Origin: an uncultured virus (IMG/VR IMGVR_UViG_3300001605_000002)
Lineage: Duplodnaviria > Heunggongvirae > Uroviricota > Caudoviricetes
Virus record (IMG/VR): IMGVR_UViG_3300001605_000002
Location: 52,594 to 72,593 of that record
DNA length: 20,000 bases
Strand: one strand, 5' to 3'
The position numbers and the translations under genes were made by a program. The notes beneath the pieces were generated by a model that was not told where the DNA came from, did not search any database, and saw only the letters and a list, made by a program, of their open reading frames with translations. Positions 16,610-20,000 of this stretch are shown piece by piece (the first letter of the stretch is position 1; each line of letters opens with the position of its first letter).

Positions 16610-17139
16610 TCGTTCTCGGCATCGACCCCGGCGTCTCGGGCGGCCTCGCGATCATCGCGGGGTCGCCCGGACAGCAGCCGAGGATCATAGATTGCATCGG
16701 CGTTCCCATCGGAGGCGACGACCGCGTCGACGTCCTGGCGGTTATCTCGTTCATCCAGCAGAACCCGCCGGACCTTGCCGTGGTCGAGCGCGCGTCGCCG
16801 ATGCCCTCCCTCCAGGTCAAGGGCAAGGAGCGCCGCGGCATGGGCGCGACGTCGTCGTTCAACTTCGGGGCGGCGGTCTTCTCGGTCCGGACGTGCGTCG
16901 TTGGCCTCGGCATCAAGCTCATCCAGGTCGAGGCCGTCGCCTGGAAGAAGGCCCACGGGCTCTCCTCGAAGGACCCGGCGACCGGCGAGAAGCTCGAGCA
17001 GCGCCACGTCAAGGAGCTCAGCCGCCAGAAGGCACTCGCGCTCTTCCCGAACGGCGACCGCTACTTCCCGAACATCGGCCACCACAACCGGGCCGAGGCC
17101 GCGCTGATCGCGAACTACGGGACGATGCTCTCGGCCTGA
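16606..17139 (+). CDS. RuvC-like Holliday junction resolvase (phage type)
   Basis: VLGIDPGVSGGLAII, AVVE, SSFNFG, WKK, RAEAALIA; GTGA overlap. Confidence 0.88.
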   Translation: MIVLGIDPGVSGGLAIIAGSPGQQPRIIDCIGVPIGGDDRVDVLAVISFIQQNPPDLAVVERASPMPSLQVKGKERRGMGATSSFNFGAAVFSVRTCVVGLGIKLIQVEAVAWKKAHGLSSKDPATGEKLEQRHVKELSRQKALALFPNGDRYFPNIGHHNRAEAALIANYGTMLSA

Positions 17140-17262
17140 CCCGCCGCGATTCGGCCGTGTCCACCCCGTCTCCGGGGCATAGTGGGGAAACCCGGGATGA
17201 ACTCGTCGTCCGCGTGGACGCGGACTGGGAATCGCCATAACGGTCGAGTCGGGGAAGAACCG
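17140..17262 (+). promoter_or_regulatory. Putative promoter of the methyltransferase/replication genes, with three GANTC sites and an 8-bp inverted repeat
   Basis: GATTC 17148, GAATC 17229, GAGTC 17246; TGGACGC-N12-GCCATAAC (17215-17241) resembles the Caulobacter housekeeping promoter consensus; GTCCGCGT-GG-ACGCGGAC at 17208-17225. Confidence 0.55.
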
Positions 17263-17907
17263 ATGAAGCTCGACACCAAGCTAAAGNTGGATGGCTTGCG
17301 CCTTCTCGCGCAGGTCCCGCCGCGCGCCGCGTCGCTCGTCTTCTTCGACCCTCAGTATCGCGCGGTCCTCGACGAGCTCGCCTACGGGAACGAGGGCGCG
17401 CGTCAGTCGGCGAGGTCGAAGCTCCCGCAGATGTCAGACGAGAAGGTCGCGGAGTTCATCACGGCCATCGAACCGGCGCTCGCCCCGAGCGGCCATCTCA
17501 AGTTGTGGGTCGACAAGTTCACGGCGGCCGAGGCCCACTGGCGGAATTGGTTCTCGTCGCGGTCCGAGCTCGTCCTCGTCGAGATGATCTGCTGGAATAA
17601 AGCCCGGATGGCGATGGGCGCGCGCGGTCGGGGCTACGCCGAATACCTGCTCGTCTTTCAAAAGCCGCCGAAGCGCGCGAAGGGCATTTGGCGCGACCGG
17701 GGGATTCCAGACGCGGTCACCGAGAAGGTCCCGCGCGGCACCCACCCTCACCGGAAGCCAGTCGCGCTCCAAACGCGGCTCATCCTCTCGAACTCGCGGC
17801 CGGGCGACCTCGTCGTCGACCCGGCCGCCGGCGGCTTCGGCATCTTCGACATTTGCCAGAAGACCGGGCGCCGATTCTTCGGCTGCGACCTGCGGGGTGC
17901 CGGATGA
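17263..17907 (+). CDS. Beta-class N4/N6 DNA methyltransferase (DPQY variant)
   Basis: FFDPQY (motif IV variant), HPHRKP, VVDPAAGGFG (motif I), GRRFFGCD; one ambiguous base (N) at 17287. Confidence 0.88.
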   Translation: MKLDTKLKXDGLRLLAQVPPRAASLVFFDPQYRAVLDELAYGNEGARQSARSKLPQMSDEKVAEFITAIEPALAPSGHLKLWVDKFTAAEAHWRNWFSSRSELVLVEMICWNKARMAMGARGRGYAEYLLVFQKPPKRAKGIWRDRGIPDAVTEKVPRGTHPHRKPVALQTRLILSNSRPGDLVVDPAAGGFGIFDICQKTGRRFFGCDLRGAG

Positions 17908-18167
17908 ACGACCGGCCGCTGACCGGCGACGAGCAGACGGTCCGCCCGACGATGGCGATGGCCTGTTGCATGCGCCGCCTTCGGTTAACCGGCGGGTACC
18001 TCGTCCGGACGCGCGGGATGGGCTGGAAGGTCGAGACCGAGGCGGGCGGGCCGCTCTACTGGTTCGCGCCGACGACGGTCAACGGGCTCAAGAATCGAGG
18101 ATGGGTCGACGACGACGGTCGGCTCACGAGGCAAGGAATCGCGGCGATGGAGCGTTACCGAACATGA
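17904..18167 (+). CDS. Small wHTH-like hypothetical protein
   Basis: ATGA overlaps at both ends; 'TVNGLKNRGWV...LTRQG' is wHTH-like. Confidence 0.72.
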   Translation: MNDRPLTGDEQTVRPTMAMACCMRRLRLTGGYLVRTRGMGWKVETEAGGPLYWFAPTTVNGLKNRGWVDDDGRLTRQGIAAMERYRT

Positions 18168-18979
18168 GCGTAGAGGCGTGGGCCTGGGCCCTAAAACGAA
18201 AGACCGGAAGCCAGGGGCGGAAGCTCGTCCTCCTCTGCCTCGCAAACTACGCGAGCAAGAACGGCCTCTGCTGGCCGGCGCAATCGTCCATCGCGCTGCA
18301 AACCGAGCAATCCATAGACACGCTCCAGCGTCGGCTCGACGAGCTCGAGGAAGCCGGGTTTTTGACGCGGGTCGAGCGCCCGGAGCAGAACGGAAAGAAG
18401 GGCGGGAAGTACCTCTACCAGCTCCAGATGAAGGCCGAGACCCCGACGATCAACGACGAGGAAGACGACCTCGAGGCTCCGAAAACGACACCGCAACCTG
18501 CGGCCAGGTCCGGGCCGACCACGCCGCAACTCGCCCTCGACCACACCGCAAACGAAGCCGAACCACACCGCACTCCTGCGGTGCTAACCGTAACCTTAGA
18601 ACCGTCAAGGCTAGAACCGTCAAAGAACTCCGGGCTCGCGCCCGTCGACGACTGGCCGGATGACTTTTTCGAGCTATTCTGGGCGAAGTACCCTCCAGGT
18701 CGGAAGACCTCGAAGAAGGAGGTCCGGCTCAAGCTCGAGAAGATTCGGAAGGTCGGCGACCATAAGAAGCGGCCGGTCTCCTTCGTAAAAATCATGTTGG
18801 CCGTCCGGAGCTACGCCCATTCGGGAATCAAGCCCGAGTTCACGAAGGCTCCGGAGGTCTGGTTGAACAAGGAATGTTGGGAGGGCGAGACGCCCGTCTC
18901 GAGCTCGCCGACGGCGAAGGGCGACGAAGAGTTCTCGATGTTCGACATCGCGAGCGGTGCACACAGGAGGACACCTTGA
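18164..18979 (+). CDS. Phage replication initiator (N-terminal HTH, C-terminal FW..YP / WLN domain)
   Basis: AWAWA...KLVLLCLANYA...CWP....IA..TE.S..T..R.L..LEEAGF; C-terminal FELFWAKYP..K...PEVWLNKECWE; internal iterons. Confidence 0.87.
   Translation: MSVEAWAWALKRKTGSQGRKLVLLCLANYASKNGLCWPAQSSIALQTEQSIDTLQRRLDELEEAGFLTRVERPEQNGKKGGKYLYQLQMKAETPTINDEEDDLEAPKTTPQPAARSGPTTPQLALDHTANEAEPHRTPAVLTVTLEPSRLEPSKNSGLAPVDDWPDDFFELFWAKYPPGRKTSKKEVRLKLEKIRKVGDHKKRPVSFVKIMLAVRSYAHSGIKPEFTKAPEVWLNKECWEGETPVSSSPTAKGDEEFSMFDIASGAHRRTP
18487..18623 (+). repeat. Iteron array / probable replication origin inside the initiator gene
   Basis: ACCACRCCGCA at 18518, 18540, 18562 (22-bp period), partial copy at 18488; inverted CACCGCA/TGCGGTG at 18566-18583; TAGAACCGTCAA at 18597 and 18612. 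Confidence 0.78.
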
Positions 18980-19821
18980 CCAGACAGGTAACGACCTACG
19001 AGCCGACCCTTCCGGGCTTGCTCCCGAACGTCGAGGCGGCGCGGCTCGCGGACAGCTTCCGGTTTATCATCGAGAGCCACGAGGCGCTCATCGACCGGAT
19101 GCCGACCGTCGTCGAGCGGCAGATGCTCGCGTCGCGCTCGGCGTCGATCGACGCGGCGCTCGCGCCGCTCGGCCGCAATCGCGAAACTCACGACGCGGCG
19201 GCCGAGGCGCTCGCCGACTTGTTCGTCGCCTACGGCATCGGCCGGGCCGACAAAAAATCGGGGCAGACCGTGACCGTCTACCTCAAGCATCTCGAGGGCG
19301 TCCCGCTCTTCGCGCTCATCGCGGCCGTCGACGACGTCAAATACAATCGGGTGTACGACGTTCACCCGAGGACCGGCGACCGGATTCCGCTCGACAAGGA
19401 CTTCCCGCCGTCGTCGATAAGGCTCCGGTCGGTCGCCGAGAAGCACGTCTCGAAGCTCTACGAGGAGAAGCTCAAGTTCGACCGGGTCTTGAAGGCGAAG
19501 CGCCTGTTCGCTCCGCCGATCAACGAGGCCGAGCGCGCGAAGGTCCTCGCCGGTCTCCAGGAGTTGAGCCGCCAGCTCGGCGGTCCGGACCCGGCCGAGC
19601 AGCACGCCGCGCACGTCGCCTCGTGGCGACTTCATCTTGGGATGCTTCGCCGGAGCGAGGACATTCTCGGCGAGTACGCCGCGCGCGGCCTCGCGCCGGT
19701 TCGCGCCGGCCGCTACGCGGTCTCGCCGGAGCTCGCCCGAAAGCTCGGACCGCTTCGCCCTCTTCCCGCGCCGGAGTTCGACGACGCGCCCGGCGGTTGG
19801 AATCGCGACGATGAGCGTTGA
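18976..19821 (+). CDS. Replication-associated hypothetical protein (helicase-loader position)
   Basis: AGGAGG RBS and TTG start overlapping the initiator stop; 'FPPSS..LR' motif typical of proteins downstream of phage initiators. Confidence 0.72.
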   Translation: MTRQVTTYEPTLPGLLPNVEAARLADSFRFIIESHEALIDRMPTVVERQMLASRSASIDAALAPLGRNRETHDAAAEALADLFVAYGIGRADKKSGQTVTVYLKHLEGVPLFALIAAVDDVKYNRVYDVHPRTGDRIPLDKDFPPSSIRLRSVAEKHVSKLYEEKLKFDRVLKAKRLFAPPINEAERAKVLAGLQELSRQLGGPDPAEQHAAHVASWRLHLGMLRRSEDILGEYAARGLAPVRAGRYAVSPELARKLGPLRPLPAPEFDDAPGGWNRDDER

Positions 19822-19945
19822 GGTCGCGCGCTCGCAATGCTATCGACTCGGGACCGGCGAGTGGTTCTTCCCGCTGGATTGGCCCCGGCTTGGTAACCCC
19901 GGATCGAGGGGCCGGGGCGGAAACGCTCCGGCCTTCGACCCGTGA
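19811..19945 (+). CDS. Small hypothetical protein (44 aa)
   Basis: ATG overlaps the upstream gene; stop forms a GTGA overlap with the next gene. Confidence 0.45.
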   Translation: MSVEVARSQCYRLGTGEWFFPLDWPRLGNPGSRGRGGNAPAFDP

Positions 19946-20000
19946 GTGGCAAGGGCATAGGCGGGCATCAGTCGCCGGCCGCCGGCACCGTCGAGTGGCT
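19942..20000 (+). CDS. N-terminus of a probable phage Dam-like (PF05869-type) adenine methyltransferase, truncated by the window edge
   Basis: Translates as MSGKGIGGHQSPAAGTVEW(L), matching my recollection of the 'GGHQS....EWLTP' start of this family. Confidence 0.55.
   Translation, partial: MSGKGIGGHQSPAAGTVEW

Larger units (their letters stand above)
1..20000. mobile_element. Phage/prophage early (recombination, regulation, replication) region, alphaproteobacterial host
   Basis: Dense, translationally coupled small genes; ERF plus YqaJ, RuvC-like, HNH, HTH initiator with iterons, several MTases; GcrA and alpha-type LexA N-domain point to the host class. No integrase or virion genes in the window. 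Confidence 0.92.

Noticed and set aside
18487..18623. Repeats considered as a CRISPR array
   Set aside because: Units of about 11 bp with 11-bp spacers inside a CDS; fits iterons, and no cas genes are present.

Overview
High-GC tailed-phage or prophage early region, inferred to come from an alphaproteobacterial (probably Hyphomicrobiales) host. A long, tightly coupled leftward operon (about 15500 down to 95, mostly ATGA/GTGA/TGATG overlaps) encodes, in transcription order: HNH nuclease, sigma-region-4-only protein, Cys-cluster protein, HIRAN protein, ERF recombinase plus YqaJ exonuclease, ASCH protein, a LexA-N-domain protein with no peptidase domain, HerA/DUF87 ATPase, ParB-like protein, an N6-MTase-like protein with no catalytic motif, and an SPL-like radical SAM enzyme. 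It converges on a suhB/alpha-r8 (MmgR-like) small RNA at the left edge. The rightward arm encodes GcrA, a possible GapR-like protein, a RuvC-like resolvase, a DPQY DNA methyltransferase, an HTH replication initiator carrying 22-bp-spaced iterons, and the start of a Dam-like methyltransferase. Most striking: no CI/Cro pair sits at the divergence point. Instead there are GANTC sites matching the GcrA motif in putative promoters, a phage GcrA, and several stripped-down mimics of host master regulators. Three apparent +1 frameshifts are present, either sequencing error or recoding. All protein family calls rest on motif recognition by eye; no searches were run.
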